Positions 1 through 14,731 of a DNA stretch of 64,000 bases are shown here, piece after piece; position 1 is the stretch's first letter, and each line of letters starts with the position of its first letter. The stretch is from Euprymna scolopes. Taxonomy: Eukaryota. The DNA lies in NCBI GenBank assembly GCA_053919585.1, contig CM132793.1; one strand, given 5' to 3'. The position numbers and the translations under genes were made by a program. The notes below the pieces were generated by a model. The model did not search any database. It was not told where the DNA came from and saw nothing but the letters and a program-made list of their open reading frames with translations.

Positions 1-420
1 ACGCTTGAAAGTATCTTGTACTCTATATGGCCACCATTCGCCGATTTCGACGCAATGTTGCACCCTTCTACCAATTCTACAAATACTTTAATGGTGAATG
101 CTCTGACCATCTGCAAACACTTGTACCTCCTCGACGTAACTAATCTGACAGACACCACAAGCAACTAAGTCCCACCCATTTACAGTAGATATCGCTAGGT
201 GCAAGAAAGCCTTTTCTTCCAATAGTTTCTTTACCAGAACTGCAAGTCTTTGGAACTTCCTTCCGGGATTCTGCTTTCCCAACTGTACTGATATGCAGAA
301 GGTCAAGTGTAATGTGACCAAACATCTTTCTACTCATCTCTCTTTATAATGCCACCGCAAATTATGCCCCTGATAGTAGCGCCCTACTTCAAAGTGGCAC
401 TGTGTCTTGTTTAAAAAAAA
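1..420 (+). mobile_element. 3' fragment of CR1/L2/Jockey-group LINE (family A), decayed, with 3' UTR and A-tail
   Basis: Colinear with about 59600-60135: 'ttcccaactgtactgatatgcagaaggtcaagtgtaatgtga' vs 'tccccaactgtactgacatgcataagttcaagtgcaacgtga'; shared 3' UTR 'ccctgatagtagc..cctac...agtggca'. Confidence 0.9.
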
Positions 421-429
421 CAGTTTCCA

Positions 430-930
430 TAATAAAAGAAGGACTAAATGGTTTGTAGAATTACAAAACATCCTGACATAGAAAAATTGCACAATTTCTG
501 GCTAAATTAACGAGCATTACTTCATGGCTGTTGCTTCAGCAGATTATTTTAAGAGTAAGAAAGCCACACCAGTATGTCTTTAAAAGTTGATAAAACTTTC
601 ATACACAAAACCAGTGGTAGACAACGCACTAATAAATGCAGATCTATCTCACTATAACTACTGGCATGTTTGCAGCATCTATCAAAACCTCTCCTATTGA
701 GGATACCTGGAAAAATAACAAGCAGGATTCCCGTGGAAGTGGTTTGGAACTAAATACCAGTTGTAAGTTAATAAACCAACCTTCGGTGACTGTACGAAGA
801 GGCAGAGGAGTCCACGCGTGGCTTATATTGAAAACCAAAAGCAATATAATGCAGCACCTTGATCAAGTAACAAAAGAAAACTTGGTTGTTTATATAAAAA
901 GTGCCAAATAACCATTAAGCCACATCAACG
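430..930 (+). mobile_element. Highly decayed R4/Dong-like RT fragment
   Basis: Broken translation gives IEKLHNFWL (cf. PDKIHNFWLK), TGMFAASI, KLINQ, and AWL..K (cf. AWIDYKKA). By-eye match only. Confidence 0.45.
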
Positions 931-944
931 AAACAGTTTTTGAC

Positions 945-1670
945 AAGCTTCTGTGTTTGACCTTTACTCCTGATCTTAAATGAAACACATACATCAAGTC
1001 TGTGGCCAAGGTCGCGTGAAAAATGGTGGGATTCTTCTACCGCTCCAGAAGATATATCACTAATGATGCAATTCTCTATCTATATAAAATTCAAGTACGT
1101 CCAAGGATGGAATACTGCTGCCAAACCTGGGCAGGAGCTGCTAAAACAGCCTATCCTGGCTTGACAGAGTACAAAATAGACTTCGTGGCTTAGTTGGTGA
1201 TGCCTTTTTCTCTTCCCTGCAACCTCTTTCCCAGAGAAGAGACGTAACGAGCCTATCTTTGTTCTATCGTTATTTCCATGACAAGTGCTCGTCTGAGCTC
1301 CATTCTCTGGTCCCCGTCGCCAATCTTTTTTCAAAAAAAACCCGACTAGCTGAAACCACCGTCAATAATTTTCCCCACTACTTATCTGTGCCTAAATCAA
1401 AACGTACATTCCATGAACAAAGCTTCTTTCTTAGAACTGCACGCGTGTGGAACTCTGTTCCGCTTGCCTGTTTCTCTCCCGACTTCAACCTGGATGTTTT
1501 CAAGTCTAATACAAACAAATTCCTGATGAACCACCCCATAAAGTAATGACACTTTATGAATTCTCCAATACTATTACTACACTATCAATTGATTACTGTA
1601 CACACAATAGCCCTTATACGTGAGTGGCCCTTGGGCCTTGATAAGTGGTTACCTCCATTTAAAAAAAAAT
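945..1670 (+). mobile_element. 3' fragment of CR1/L2/Jockey-group LINE (family B)
   Basis: Translates KLLCLTFTPDLK*NTYI...ILYLYKIQVRPRMEYCCQTWAGA...FYRYFHDKCSSEL...SFFLRTARVWNSVP, paralogous to the C-terminus of ORF 58281-60053; ends in an A-run near 1661-1669. Confidence 0.9.
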
Positions 1671-2619
1671 AAATTTCAAGATCACGATCAAAAGAGGTAT
1701 ATTTCAAAACGCTAGCTTCGTTCTTTTACTTTTCTACCTGGTGTTAGATACGTTGAGCAAGCTACACAATAAAAGTAGGAAACTCTTTACAGTAAGCCAA
1801 TATCAAACAAAATAATCAGCAACCTTATTTGCCCTAATGACTTTAACCTACATGCGAGCTCAGACACACTTCATTTTTACGCGTTGTACATAACATTTTC
1901 ATATATGTTGAGATTAAGTTTAGTTTGACCAAGTGTACCTAGTGCTTTATCAGAGCTGGAATAATGTCCAAACGGAATATGTACAATTGATAAAGATACT
2001 GAAATAAAGTATTTAGGAGAAAAAGACAAATACCATTTGCATAGAATAATGCGATTAAATTGGAAATACCAAATATTAACTCTCGCCTCTGCTAATTTGT
2101 CTCTCAGTCTTTGTTTAGAACGAGTGATTTTTTTCCACAAATGGAGAAGGAAATATTGTATTCTAGGTCGTTAGAATTTTCCCCTTAGCAGTAGTTTGAG
2201 ATGTCGAAAATTGTCTGTTTCTATTTCTATCCTTGTAACCATACCACATGTAAGGGTGATGGATGTAAACGTTTTTCTGTGCTTGCAAAATTCGCCCGAT
2301 GATCAGGGACTCGAAGCCTAGCCTAACCACTTAGGAGACCGTCCCACTAGCAGATGCAAAGCACTGGGGGTGTTGTATTGCAATTTAGTGGATGGATTCT
2401 GCACCATGCAGTAGCTTTCAGTTTGGCTTCTCGATGCTATATTAATAGATAATAATTATAACTTTACCTTACCATGATCTACAAATAACATATCTTCACT
2501 TCATTTTCTTCCTTACTTTTCCTCTCTGCCCTGCTCCAAACAAGTCTGTCGACCTATTCCACAAATTCATAAACTTTATTATGAAATGTCTCCAGAAAGA
2601 ATACACGATTAAATCCAGA

Positions 2620-4830
2620 ATTCCATCTTCCAACGTAAACCCCCACTACAATTCTGCCTTCTCTAACGTAAGAAACCTACCTTTAAACCTTTTAGAGGTA
2701 TAAATCCAATTACAGGAGACGAAACTTAACCCATTCTTCCTAAGCTAAACAGAGATTGGGCCGACTATTTCCATAGATAATTAAAGAATATTCTAACATT
2801 ATTAACATAAAAATATGACCACCAAAATCGCCATCGGCATGCCACATAAGAGATGTTGTTCTATATATCATGGAGGTATCTCCAGAGAAGACACAGATTG
2901 TCCTATATGTGCTTTCTGATTGCCCTTGTTTACTCTACTGTGGTTTTATTTGCCCTCTATCGCGCCAATAACATCGGAGCTAATGTTTTTTAAAAATATA
3001 TCTGAGAAAATTGACCACATCCTGTCCGATCACTCTTCTTCTAACATTCTCCTATTTGGAGTGTTCAATGTTCACAATGCGGAATGTTAAGTTCACTCAA
3101 ACAAGACAGATTATAAGGATAAGTTCTGTCACGTGTTTTCCATTGCTTATGACTTAACTCAAATTGTTCACGAATCCAACCGTGTGTCTGGCACTGATGG
3201 TCAATATGCTACGCTGCTAGATCTTTTTCACACAACATCCCTGAGCTATGTTTGTGTTCCGTTTAGTCCCCACTGTCTTCATTAAGATAAGAGCAACATT
3301 CTTCTCCATCGGACAGTATACCGATACTCTATGCCTGGCTGTGATAGTTTTCGTACCAGATTTAAGTCTTCGTTTTATGTTTAAAAAAAAATGTTTTTCC
3401 AAAGACATGGCCAAATGCTTAACTGAACGTATAGACTGCTTTATACCCTCCAATGATTTCAGCAAAACCCAACAGCCAACCGTGGTTCTCTGTAGAATAT
3501 GCTGCTGCCATTACGCAGATATCACTATTTCCATTGCTTCCAACGAAACAGATGTACTGAGACTAAATCCGCCTTCAGGATTGCCAGCAACCAGTGCAAA
3601 AGAGCAATGAGGAACGCGAGAGAGCTGTATGCTCAGTCTCTCAAGTCGCAAGTAGTTGAGCAGGGTCTTGATTATTAGATAATAACAAACAGGACCCTGA
3701 AACGCAGTGTATTCTTTTTCCCAACCATTATCAATGGACTCGGGTAATCTGGCCAGCATCAGACACAGCCTAAGTCTACCATATACCATCAGGGCCGCCC
3801 CTATCTCCTTCTTTGTCTGAAAACACGCGATGAGACATACGGATATATTTGTGTGAGGTTGTCAAGTCAATAAAAAAACTCGATTCCAGTAAAGCAACTT
3901 GTCCTGACAAAATTCTTATAGTCGTCCTCCAAAAGTTTCAACTAGAACTAGCTTTCACAGTTACAAAAGTATTTAGACGTTGTCTTAAAGAGAAATGCTT
4001 CCCAACACCATGGACAACCACATCAGTATGTTACGTATTTACAAATTTGGGTGATCGGCCATCTCGCCTCAATACAGGCCAATTAGTTTTCTGTGCGTCA
4101 TGATTAAGTTGCTAGAAGTTGTGTTAAATACAGAGTAGTCAACAACCTACGCTAAAATAACCTCCTCAGTTACGTGCAATATGGCTTCCGTTCTATTAGA
4201 TCTAAACCAAATATGCTTACATTTCTATCTTATAACATTAACGAATCTCTCATCGGAGGCATCCTTTCAAGGACAGTTGCCCATGACATATCAAAGTTTT
4301 TTGATAGGGAATGGCATAAAAGGGCTACTCCACAAAATCTCCAGCTACGGTATGCATGGAAATGTCTTTTCAATTATTAAATTATTTCTGTCTGATAGAT
4401 TTGAAAGGGTAGTGGTTGATGGGCAAAAATCGGAAGCTGGCAGTATTGATGCCACTCATCAAACCCTTTTCTGATCTACGCCAATGATTTTTCAAATCAC
4501 ACCCTAAGATCATTTGTAGACATTAATATTGACGACAATATCATCTATAGTAACACTTCAAAGGAAGGAAAGGACCTAGTTCTCTTTGATTCTTTTTCTT
4601 CAGATTTTGATTACGTAGTGAATTGGGGAAAGGGATGGTTTGTTAATTTTAATGTCTCTAAGACAAAACTTCTATCTTTCCCTCATACAGGGTCTCTTTC
4701 CCCCCGTTCTGGCATCAATCAAACTTAATGGTTCTCCTCTTGAAAAGGCTCCATGTATTGTAAAATATTCTAGGTCTGACCTTTACTCCTGGAAAAATGA
4801 TGGGAGCTTTATACCGAACTCGTAGATATA
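2620..4830 (+). mobile_element. Decayed near-full LINE ORF2 (APE endonuclease plus RT), pseudogenised
   Basis: APE remnants AFSNVRNL..QETK, LFALYR, FGVFNVHN (GDFN motif), LTQIV, LLDLF; RT remnants KATCPDKI, QYGFRS, HDISKFFDREWH, LIYANDF; many stops and frameshifts. Confidence 0.85.
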
Positions 4831-6494
4831 TCACCAGCGATGTCTATCAACACATAAAGCTTTGGCATTGTTAACTGGCCAAAATAGGGAGAAACGATAT
4901 AATAAAACAGAGAAAATATTGGCACTGTACAGAATATCGGCCTACAGGAGTAGGACTATGAGTCTCAGAAATCGAAACATTTTTCCACTATTTGGAGCAT
5001 TGGACAATATGCCATGAGCTTTCATAATTCAGCCCAAACTGGTATATTAACAAAACAAAACAACGACTAACAGAAGAACATTCATTACGAAACCGACCAT
5101 ATAAGGAATAGCAAAATAGTTAAAAAAATAAAACAGTAAAATAACAAGAAATAACACAAAATATCGCCCAAAATAAATGAAGCATTTCCATTGCAAGGAA
5201 CAATGGAAGGATGAGACGACCCACCGCGAGGCAATTATTATTTGGATAAATTCAGCGATGATGATATAGAAAATTAAGGTTTTATGGACCCGCTTTAAAC
5301 GGATTAATATGATCAGGAAGAGCTCATGATTACTCAATATTCAAGTTTGATGATCAATCATTTTTTGGACAATACGGTAGAATAATCCTCGGCGAAGCAA
5401 GAGTTGAAGTATAATTGGAAGCTTTTGTTTTAATTCTCTCACAAAAAAACAAAACAAGATCAGGTTCCATCACAGAAAATCTAAGTCTGTAAACTACCTG
5501 GAATGCGGTTGTAGTGTGCATTTCTCCCAACAATTATGATAAATTAATAATACCCATGATTCACTCCAAAACGATATCATTGTCCTGATTATTGAACAAA
5601 ATTGTATCTCCTCATATAAAAATCCAGCACAAATCTCCTAATATGAGGCCCCGAACACATAGCAAAACACATACGTATACTCAAGACTAGCAAACCAATT
5701 AAATGCGCTATCCCCCCAAAATAAATCTTGCACTCCATGATCTAAATCTTATCACCTCTGCACAGATAAAGCTATAAGAAAAATGTATTTCCCTTAAAGT
5801 AGCAATATAATACATTCTAAACACGAACGAATTTCCCGTTGCGAACATAACACCAACTTTTAATATGGCAAATTCGAAATTGCATCGGTCTAACATTATC
5901 CGTAGATACGTAATTGCAGAAAATTATGGATCTTTTTTTACTCATTTTCTAATCACATTATGTATATAATTTTAAATGTAATTCCCTCTTTCGTTTTTTG
6001 TTTGGCCGGCTGAACACCTGCAGTCGCCATTGAAGTGTACGCATGCAAACATATTTTGTATATCTGTCTACCTATGTATTTATATTTTTACATTTTTGTA
6101 TGCGTGTTTGCTTATATGGTTTTTATGTATAGTGATATGTACATGGGCTTATGTATATGTATCTTTGTGCAGTTTTCCGGTGTTTATAGTTTTATCTCCC
6201 TTTAATTTTTAAAAAGAAATCTTTAAGTACACTTTACAATCTATACGATAGAGACAAATCCACATTAAGCTGCTCTTTAATCGAACATCCCTTAACGTAA
6301 AATCATTTTATTGTTTTCCCCATTCTATCTGCTTCACTGTTTATTTTAACTTTTGGCTAGTAAGCTCTATGGCTCATTTGCAGTTTCAATAAATACTTAA
6401 GATTCTGCTGAGAATGAAAGTGTTTCTTTCGAAACTCCGCAGATTAAGGACAATCCACTTATTTTGTGTTTCATTTTGAAAATAAATATATATT

Positions 6495-6543
<49 letters not shown>

Positions 6544-6564
6544 AATATACATTTCTTAAATATA

Positions 6565-7440
6565 TTTTTATTACATGTTCACCCCAAACAAGGAACATTG
6601 CCATTTTGATGTAGGGGGCTACTATTAGAGACACAGGTTACAGGGGTACTAGGTTGAGAGTTGGGCAACAAGATGTTGGTTCACCTTACACTTGAACTTC
6701 TGCATGCCAGTAGAGTATGGGAAGCAGGAATTTGGAAGGGACTTCCAAATCTAGTGGTTCTGGGGAAGAAACTACTGGCATAGAAGTCTCTGTTACATCT
6801 AGGGATCTCTACTGTAAAGGGGTGGGATTTTACTGTTTGTCGGTTTTGTCGGGGGTATTTACGTAGAGGGGGTGCAGGTGCTTGCAGTTCATCGGAACAT
6901 TCACCGTTAAAGTACATGAAGAACAAGCAGAGAGATGCTAAATTACGTCGATGGGACAGCGGCTGACACTTGGATGACAGTTCAGGACCTATTAGGTTGG
7001 CGACTCTCTTTTGAACCTTATCTAGGCGTGAGAGACTAGTAGCACATGCACCGGCCCAAATATGACGACAATACTCCTTACATGGGCGAATGGTTGTCTT
7101 ATAGAGGTACAGGATACTTTCGGGAATTAGTAGCTTTCTAGCACGGTAGAGAGAACCTACCTATTTGCAGCGGTCATGGCAATGCTCTCAATATAATTGT
7201 TCCAACTCATGTTTCCTGTGAACGTACAGCTGAGGAGTTTTAAAGATGTGCTTCAGATTAAGAGTCTTTGGTCATTGCTATTGGTGGTAGAGAAGTTTTC
7301 TTGTAATTATTGAAGGAAACTAGTTTAGTCTTGGCAGCATTAAATGTTACCATCCATTTTTGTCCCCATTCCACTACAGATTGGAGGGCATCCTCTGGTG
7401 TTTCTTGAATTTCTTTAGATATGTGTTCATTTGTGTTTTT
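6565..7440 (-). mobile_element. 3' fragment of LINE family A
   Basis: ORF pieces EDALQSVVEWGQKWMVTFNAAKTKLVSFNNYK and FNGECSDELQA...SSFFPRTTR closely match ORF 58281-60053; same 3' UTR on the minus strand. Confidence 0.92.
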
Positions 7441-7485
7441 CTGTATATAAGATCCTACTTTACTATACATATACATATATATATA

Positions 7486-7487
<2 letters not shown>

Positions 7488-7545
<58 letters not shown>
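7488..7545. repeat. (GT)n microsatellite
   Basis: Direct observation. Confidence 0.95.
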
Positions 7546-7546
<1 letters not shown>

Positions 7547-9287
7547 AATAGAAGTATTGATTCATATAATCTCATCGACCCGTCAATCTTTTTACTTTGC
7601 TCAACATAAAATGAAGCTAGACGAAGCGACGGATACATTTTGTGAGCCGGTTTGCTGCTCCTGCTGGGCGCAATTACACACCGATTCATTCGGATGTCTT
7701 CAAAATAACATTCTTTGGCTGCATTAATTAATACACCCAGCTGTGAACGGCTATTGCTTAGGTCTTTGTTAAAAGCGACTCTGCGGTATTGTGCATTAGA
7801 GATACACGTGGCGTTATTTTAAAAAAGCAGACTTACTCATCGAGATTCCATGCACAACGATAAAGCTTACGCATCTAGGTACTTATATGTCGATGAGTCT
7901 GTAAATGTGTGTAATTGAATTATTTTAATAAGACAAAACGCACAAAGCCCTATTTAGACTATAGACTGTACTCATGCTAACTGAATCACTGAAACACAAA
8001 TAGCCGCACACATATATGTACTCGTGTGCTTGTGTAGTTGTTATGGAACGTTAGAGTATTGTAGTTAGATAACTACCCCTGTTGTTCAGAAAAAGCAAAA
8101 AATAAACAAAATTCACAATCGAACCTCGCATCCGTTTGGTAGATTTGTGTACGACAATAGACATTCTTTAGGTAGCATGATGGTTTAAGTGGTGCTGTAC
8201 TCGCTATATAATAAACTCCAATTTCCTTTCTCAAGACCCCGAAACGCAGGTCTAAGACATTCTCTCCGCGATTCTTTCTATAGGTGAGGGATATAGCATT
8301 GAGTGATTGTTGAAACAATTACATATACACATACATATATATAACACACACATACAAGATCGGAAGGGATAGTTTTTTTTATATCTTACTTTGCACGTAT
8401 GTATGTGTGCAAAAGTATTATTCTCGAATTTGTATGACTTTATATGTATAAAAATAATAACCTATTTTGTTTTACTAAAAAGTTATATCCTGTTTAAAGT
8501 TTTTCATTTATTTTTATAGAAATAAAGTATGTATACAATTATTTACCTGTACACGCACCCTTCGTGGAAACATTTTCTGACGCTAAATTCAAAATAATAT
8601 TTCAAAATAAATATTTCAATTTTTTAATTTGATATACCAAATCGGACCGATTTGGATAATTGTTCTAAGAACGATGTTNNNNNNNNNNNNNNNNNNNNNN
8701 NNNNNNNNNNNNNNNNNNNNNNNNNNNNNNNNNNNNNNNNNNNNNNNNNNNNNNNNNNNNNNNNNNNNNNNNNNNNNNNNNNNNNNNNNNNNNNNNNNNN
8801 NNNNNNNNNNNNNNNNNNNNNNNNNNNNNNNNNNNNNNNNNNNNNNNNNNNNNNNNNNNNAGTTTTCATTTAAGAAAAAGGCAATGCCCTTAATTAGCTT
8901 CGGTAAAAATCCATCAGAAATGTCCAAAAATCAAGCAAAAAATAAATACAAAGTGTATTTCCGTATTCATTATGTTTACAGAACAATGTACTTTCGGTGG
9001 GATGCATCAACTAGACTGTAGTGATATTATATGAACTCCAGTACTTTCAACAACAATCATGCTTCAGCATAAAAAGTCATTTGTATTATAAATATACGCT
9101 TCCTCTTTACACACACGTATATATATATATATATATTGTTTTTAAAATATAATATAATCGTTTCTAAATGATAATTATATATATATATATGCATGCATAT
9201 ATACATGCATATATATATATGTGTGTGTGTATATATATATATATTTCTGTTATATTTATGTTTCTAAATGATAATTATATATATACA

Positions 9288-9330
<43 letters not shown>

Positions 9331-9530
9331 TATATTGTTGCAAAAGCTATGAGAACGTGAACTACAAAAACAACGGTGCCTCTGTCAATCCTGTCGATTT
9401 AGGGAATCAAGAAAAGAAAGAGAAAACACTCTCGTGTGTATTTTTTAAATATGCATATGACATTAATCTATATATAGCTACACTCACTGCAGGAAAAAGA
9501 AATATTGGGGAAAGCTTTTTCTTCTGACAT

Positions 9531-9575
<45 letters not shown>

Positions 9576-10069
9576 GGGGAGAGCAGTAAGCACGGTCGGT
9601 GTGGATTGCAGGTGAACTTGACAAAAATGTTCTTTGAACAAATATTTATTCTATTCTTCTTCTTTTTCTTCTGTCACTCTTTCTTCTTTTTTTATTTCCT
9701 CTTCATCTTCTTCTTCTTCTTCTTCTTCTTATTATTATTATTATAAACTCTTAGTTACATTAAAGCTATTTCTGGAAACAGGGAACTCTGGCAGTCTATT
9801 TTCCAACTGCCCCACTCTTTGTCTACCTGTCCATTTCCACACTCAAGTCAATTATTTCTTTTATTGGTCAAATACATCATTAACGTCTGGCTCATCAATG
9901 GTAATCGCAGCACACCTAGTTACGTTTTCATGAGGAAATGAATCTAACAAACTAGATTTAGTCAAAAACACCCGCAACTTCTTGGAGCATTAAATCTCAG
10001 TAAAAATCAAATCTTAACAGTTTTTCTTCGACAAATAAAACCTACATTTGCCAAGAAGATGCTTGATGT

Positions 10070-10375
10070 GAGTGACCATGTGTACGAGTTGGGTGTTCCA
10101 ATTACTCATTATGGCAGTGGCCACTTTCATACACTTATTTATTGTGGTACTTCTTTTTTTCGATATAGAGGTCATTACTATTCACCAAGCATTATACGCC
10201 AGTTGGAATTCATATTTTACAAATAAGGCACAACAATCGAAATACTAACGGAAAATGGAACCGTATTTACCAGTCAGCACTTTCGACAATTCATGCACGG
10301 TTATGGTGTACGTGTACCTACGCACCAAAATGAAATGGTGTTGTTAAACCCACCATAAATCAGCTAAGTGAACGA
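10070..10375 (+). mobile_element. Gypsy/Ty3 LTR retrotransposon integrase core remnant
   Basis: Translates LGVPITHYGSGHFHTLIYCG and IEILTENGTVFTSQHFRQFMHGYGV..YAPK*NGVV, matching the rve integrase pattern (DITHY, LTDNG.AFTS..F, YAPSGNG.VER). Confidence 0.75.
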
Positions 10376-11560
10376 GGCCATTCCCAGCTTAATAAAACAA
10401 TGCAGCTTGTCCTGAGATCATACCGGCTGAGATCCTCAAATGTGACAAAACTGACCACATCCTTCGTCTCCACCGGTTCATCATGTATTGCTGGTCAGCA
10501 ACGTGTTTTCCACAGTAGAAGAAGGATGCTAACATAACCCTCGTCCATTACCGTAAGGGTCGCCGACAAAGTACTTGCTAAGATCATGCTCACCCGACTT
10601 CTGTTGACTTTTGTTGATCTTGTCGTCCCAGAATGACTATATATCTTCTGGCGAGAACGTAGTAGCATTGCTATGATTTTCGTTGGTCATCTCTACCAGC
10701 AACCGCATCAAGAGCTCTCTCGGGACTTCGTAGATCAAATCAAGGCCTTTGTTAACCCTGAGCTGCTATGGAGCATTCTCCAGAATTTGTTTCACCTCCG
10801 ACTTTCTTGTCGGTCCTCCAGCAGTTTCGCACTGATATGCGTGTTCGTGTTGCCATGTCAGGTGCAGAATCGGACACTTTAGCCGTGGATGTCCGTCTGA
10901 AACAGAGATGCGTCTTGGCCCCGGTCATTTTCAACCTGTTCATGGTTGTCCTCATTTTAATTTCGCGCCGTGACCTTCAACCCGCAGATGCCGCTGCTAT
11001 CCAATACGTCTTCAGACCAAGATTAACACTTCTGAAGAGCTCACTTTTACCTTACAGTATGCCAATTATGCTGCATTCCTTAGTCATACCGCCAGCGAAT
11101 TTCACCGCAGTCTTGTCTTAGCCTCTAACACCTACCATCGGGCTGGCCTTCTTATTTACCACAAGAAGAAGGAAATCCTGCCAAACATGTCTCCAATTTA
11201 TGCTCTCATCTTCACAGTCAATGATATCTTACTGAAGAATATCAGCAGCTCAATATACCTGGGCTCCAATCTCTTATTTTCATGTGACAAGCAATGAAGT
11301 TCAGCGCCGCCTTAATCTCGCCTCTTCTGCTTCTGACCGCCTGAAGACCGAGTGTAAGCCGACAGCAAGCTCAGGATCAATATATGTTATCTACAATGCT
11401 GTCGTCATATCCACCCTTCTGTACGTTTCCGTGGCATGGATTCCGTATCGCCGTACATGGAACGTCATATACACCTATGACTTCCGTATCCAATATGCAA
11501 ATTCTATAAGCAGTTCTGACCCGCAAGATGCACAAGAGTAGTGCCAACTGACAACACCTG
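10376..11560 (+). mobile_element. RTE-clade LINE reverse transcriptase remnant
   Basis: AACPEIIPAEILK, KVLAKIMLTRL, MIFV, FVDQIKAF, LKQRCVLAPVIFNLF, LQYANYAAF (YADD region), YLGS, YNAVVISTLLY..AW; frameshifted. Confidence 0.85.
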
Positions 11561-14412
11561 TTTATCTTGTTACATGATGAAATCAAAAAAAAGAAAAAAA
11601 GAAAAGAAAACCTTTCGTCTATAGACGGTTAATTAATATACATATGGCATTAAATTGCATAAGAGGACAATGACTGTAGAAAAGGAATGAATGAAGTAAT
11701 CACCTGCAGTCTTCTTTTTTAAGACAGCTTAAAGAGAGAATGAGAGAGAGAGAGACAGAGAGAGAATGGTCGGTGAAAATTAATGTTAAATTTGAGAGTT
11801 GTCAAGGAGTTTGAACGATTATTGATAATTATTTTAACTCTCAGTTATATTAAAGAAAATAACGCAGTCTGTATGCATAGGATTTCATTCCCTACCGACT
11901 CGGCAACAATTGAGCTGACTTTTATGAAACTTCACAAAAATGATATTCGTGTATCTGATAGTATTTTTTCGAACTTATATTATATTATAAACCAGAGGTT
12001 GATAATTTATGTGTTTTAGCATTTTTCATGTAGTTTTAAAGCAAATATGTTCATTAATCTACGGCTGTATAGATAACATATCCTGCTTCTCTGAAAAAAA
12101 TTGAGGAACTTTGACCAGCAAAAACAATGCTACAATGTATTTTTTACTTAAAACTCTCAAAATCAAGATCACATAGTCATTATAGAATACATGTATGAAA
12201 GTAGCGGAGACAGGTTCATAATGATATAAGGGTGGAACTTGGGAAAGGGCTAAGTTTCATAAGAGTACTGACCAACAACCGTATTTACATTAGACTGAAA
12301 AACGACCCTTTTATAGGTAGCCGTAAAGCAGACCCATGCTATCTTGTTCAAAAGACTGGCATTTCTAGGAAAGTAATCTGGCTGGGGAATATTCTTTGTG
12401 TTTTAGGAACAGATAGGGAGTAATAGAAACTCTTGACAGTAATTGCAGCTAAACGAAATTATCTTTATTTAATGATCTGGTAGCAACCGTTCCTAGATAA
12501 AATGGGATTCGATATATATGTTGATCTTATAATAAAAGCAATTAAAACAACTATGACATTAAAAATACAAAACTATTACCGGTAAGTCATTTTAGTTAGT
12601 GGTGTATGATAAAAGTAACTCAAAGTTCTGAGTTTTATATAAATTATAAAAATGTGCGTAGATAATCTTAAGTAAATATTTAATTTAAAAAACATTTTAC
12701 ATTTTTTTCATAATAGCTTAAAAATCACAAATGAGGTTAAAATATAAATACACTTTGAGCAGATCTTACCAAGGCAAAGTTGGGTTGCTACCAAGCAAGA
12801 TGACTATGTTTCGTTTTATATATATTTTAACAAATTTAAAGTTTGCTTTTAAATAAACAAAGAAATCGTGACTAGCTAGTGAGGTAGAAGTGAAAACAAA
12901 AGTGCTACAATGATTGGATCGCGTCATAATCCAGCCTCGATCATGTTTACAAAATAGGAAAATAAAACTTATTCTGGTAGAGCATTACATTTTCTCGCAA
13001 TTGGTGATATTTAATTAAAGTATGACAGGAACATGTAAACTTTTTATATTGTATAAGGAAAAATACATTGAAAAAAATAAATACATAAAAAGCAAGCCAA
13101 AGTTTAAAGTTTTGTCACAATATAATAACTCAATTTTATCATTTAAAAATATACATGTACAGCAATAAGTTTGGGTTAAAAAATGTTTTCATGTGATATT
13201 TGTTAAGAGCCAATGTGTGAAGGCCAAATCGGTGTCGAGGGAAAGGTGTGTTTTTTTTTCTCCTCTCTCCAGTGAAGTCGGTCAGGGTCCTTATATCCTA
13301 TTTTGTTCATTTTTTTTTAGTGTTGAATATTGAAATCTAACGCAATAGGATAAATTCATCAATGACACTATTCTTGAGAAATCATTTTTTCATGGGAGTT
13401 AAATATATACAAAAACTTATATAGCTTAATATAAGAGTAAATTAGTTTGCCTTTGGTAATATTTAATTACTTTTATTTTGTTTCATCATATTTTCTATGT
13501 TCCCTATTCTAGAAAATCCACAAAAATATTGGAAGCTAGGCGTGTCATATATGTACACATTTCTAATGCAGATACGTACAAGTATAAATCAGACCAAAAC
13601 CGTTCCGGCTGTCATCCTTAAATTGCTACGTGTAAAAGAGTAGCAACTTAACATGTAAAATGATAAACGGTGTCTAAATTCTGAAGAACTATATTCTTTC
13701 CACGCAAGGTAGCATTATTGTACCAGCGAAATTGTGATCACTCTTCCGAGATGATGGCCGAATATAGAGCATGAATCTACTAGGGAAGAGATTCGTTATG
13801 CGCTATACGTGATAATCTTGGCGTATTGCTTGAAGAATGTGCGGCTGAATTAGCGACTTGTTGAAAATTAGTGACGTCTCGCAACTGAATAATTTAGAAG
13901 CATTCAGCTTGAAGTAACTTATCAATGACATTGTGATGTGAAAATATAAATTGCTCTTCGTTGTCATTAACGAACTGGGGATCATTTTGATCTATTCTAC
14001 GCCGGAATGAGCTTTTAACCTTCATGATAAGGAGAAATCGATAGAAAAATTAAGCGAATTCACTGGACACAAAAATGGCATCCTTTTGTGTTAATATGCG
14101 CATATGTTAATGTAGTAGTATATTTCGTCAGAGTACAGTTATGTTAATATTCAGAATATATTGCACATAATATCTATGTTGTATGTTAATGAAATTCTGT
14201 CTTAACTATTTATTCGGACATATTTTAGAAAATTTAGTCCTTATCAATTTTCGATGTAATATCTTCGTACNNNNNNNNNNNNNNNNNNNNNNNNNNNNNN
14301 NNNNNNNNNNNNNNNNNNNNNNNNNNNNNNNNNNNNNNNNNNNNNNNNNNNNNNNNNNNNNNNNNNNNNNNNNNNNNNNNNNNNNNNNNNNNNNNNNNNN
14401 NNNNNNNNNNNN

Positions 14413-14610
14413 CAAAAACATCTAAAAATTAAATTTCAACAGGATTTACCGTGGTGGAATGGATTAGGTCCTTGTTAATGAAGCCAGAGATGACTTCTGT
14501 TGCCATGTTTAAATCTATCGACCAGTGTTTATCGTGACACCCTGCACTGATGATTCCCAAAAGGATGACACACTTGTGCATTTAAGTATTTATAATCATT
14601 ATAATAAATA
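14413..14610 (+). mobile_element. Family 1 tRNA-promoter/hammerhead repeat, degenerate copy
   Basis: Aligns to the reverse complement of 39365-39600 (gaatggat..ggtc.ttg.taat..agccagagatg...ttgcc...aaatc...atcgtgacaccctgca); HHR CTGATGA at 14547, stem II ttcc-caaaa-ggat, GAAAC mutated to GACAC. Confidence 0.8.
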
Positions 14611-14643
14611 ATTATATATATATATATATATATATATAGTCAT

Positions 14644-14687
14644 CCACATAAAGTACTGTTTCGCTGTTTCACAGCTCATCAGTGCAG
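14644..14687 (-). ncRNA. Type I hammerhead ribozyme motif, family 2 (near-intact)
   Basis: Minus strand: CUGCA CUGAUGA GCUG-UGAAA-CAGC GAAAC AGUACU UUA UGUGG. Intact CUGAUGA and GAAA core, perfect 4-bp stem II, stem I CUGCA/UGUGG, one stem III mismatch. B-box-like GGGTTTCAATCC upstream at 14713-14724. Confidence 0.8.
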
Positions 14688-14731
14688 CTAGACATGCAAC
14701 TACCTCAAGCCAGGATTGAAACCCGACCGTT

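Noticed and set aside
2295-2370. tRNA gene candidates here and near 53185 and 54145
   Set aside because: Only isolated A- or B-box-like words with no cloverleaf; at most SINE relics.
12450-12817. 11-bp inverted repeat tggtagcaacc/ggttgctacca with flanking aaacgaaa/tttcgttt
   Set aside because: Too short and diverged to define an element without additional copies.
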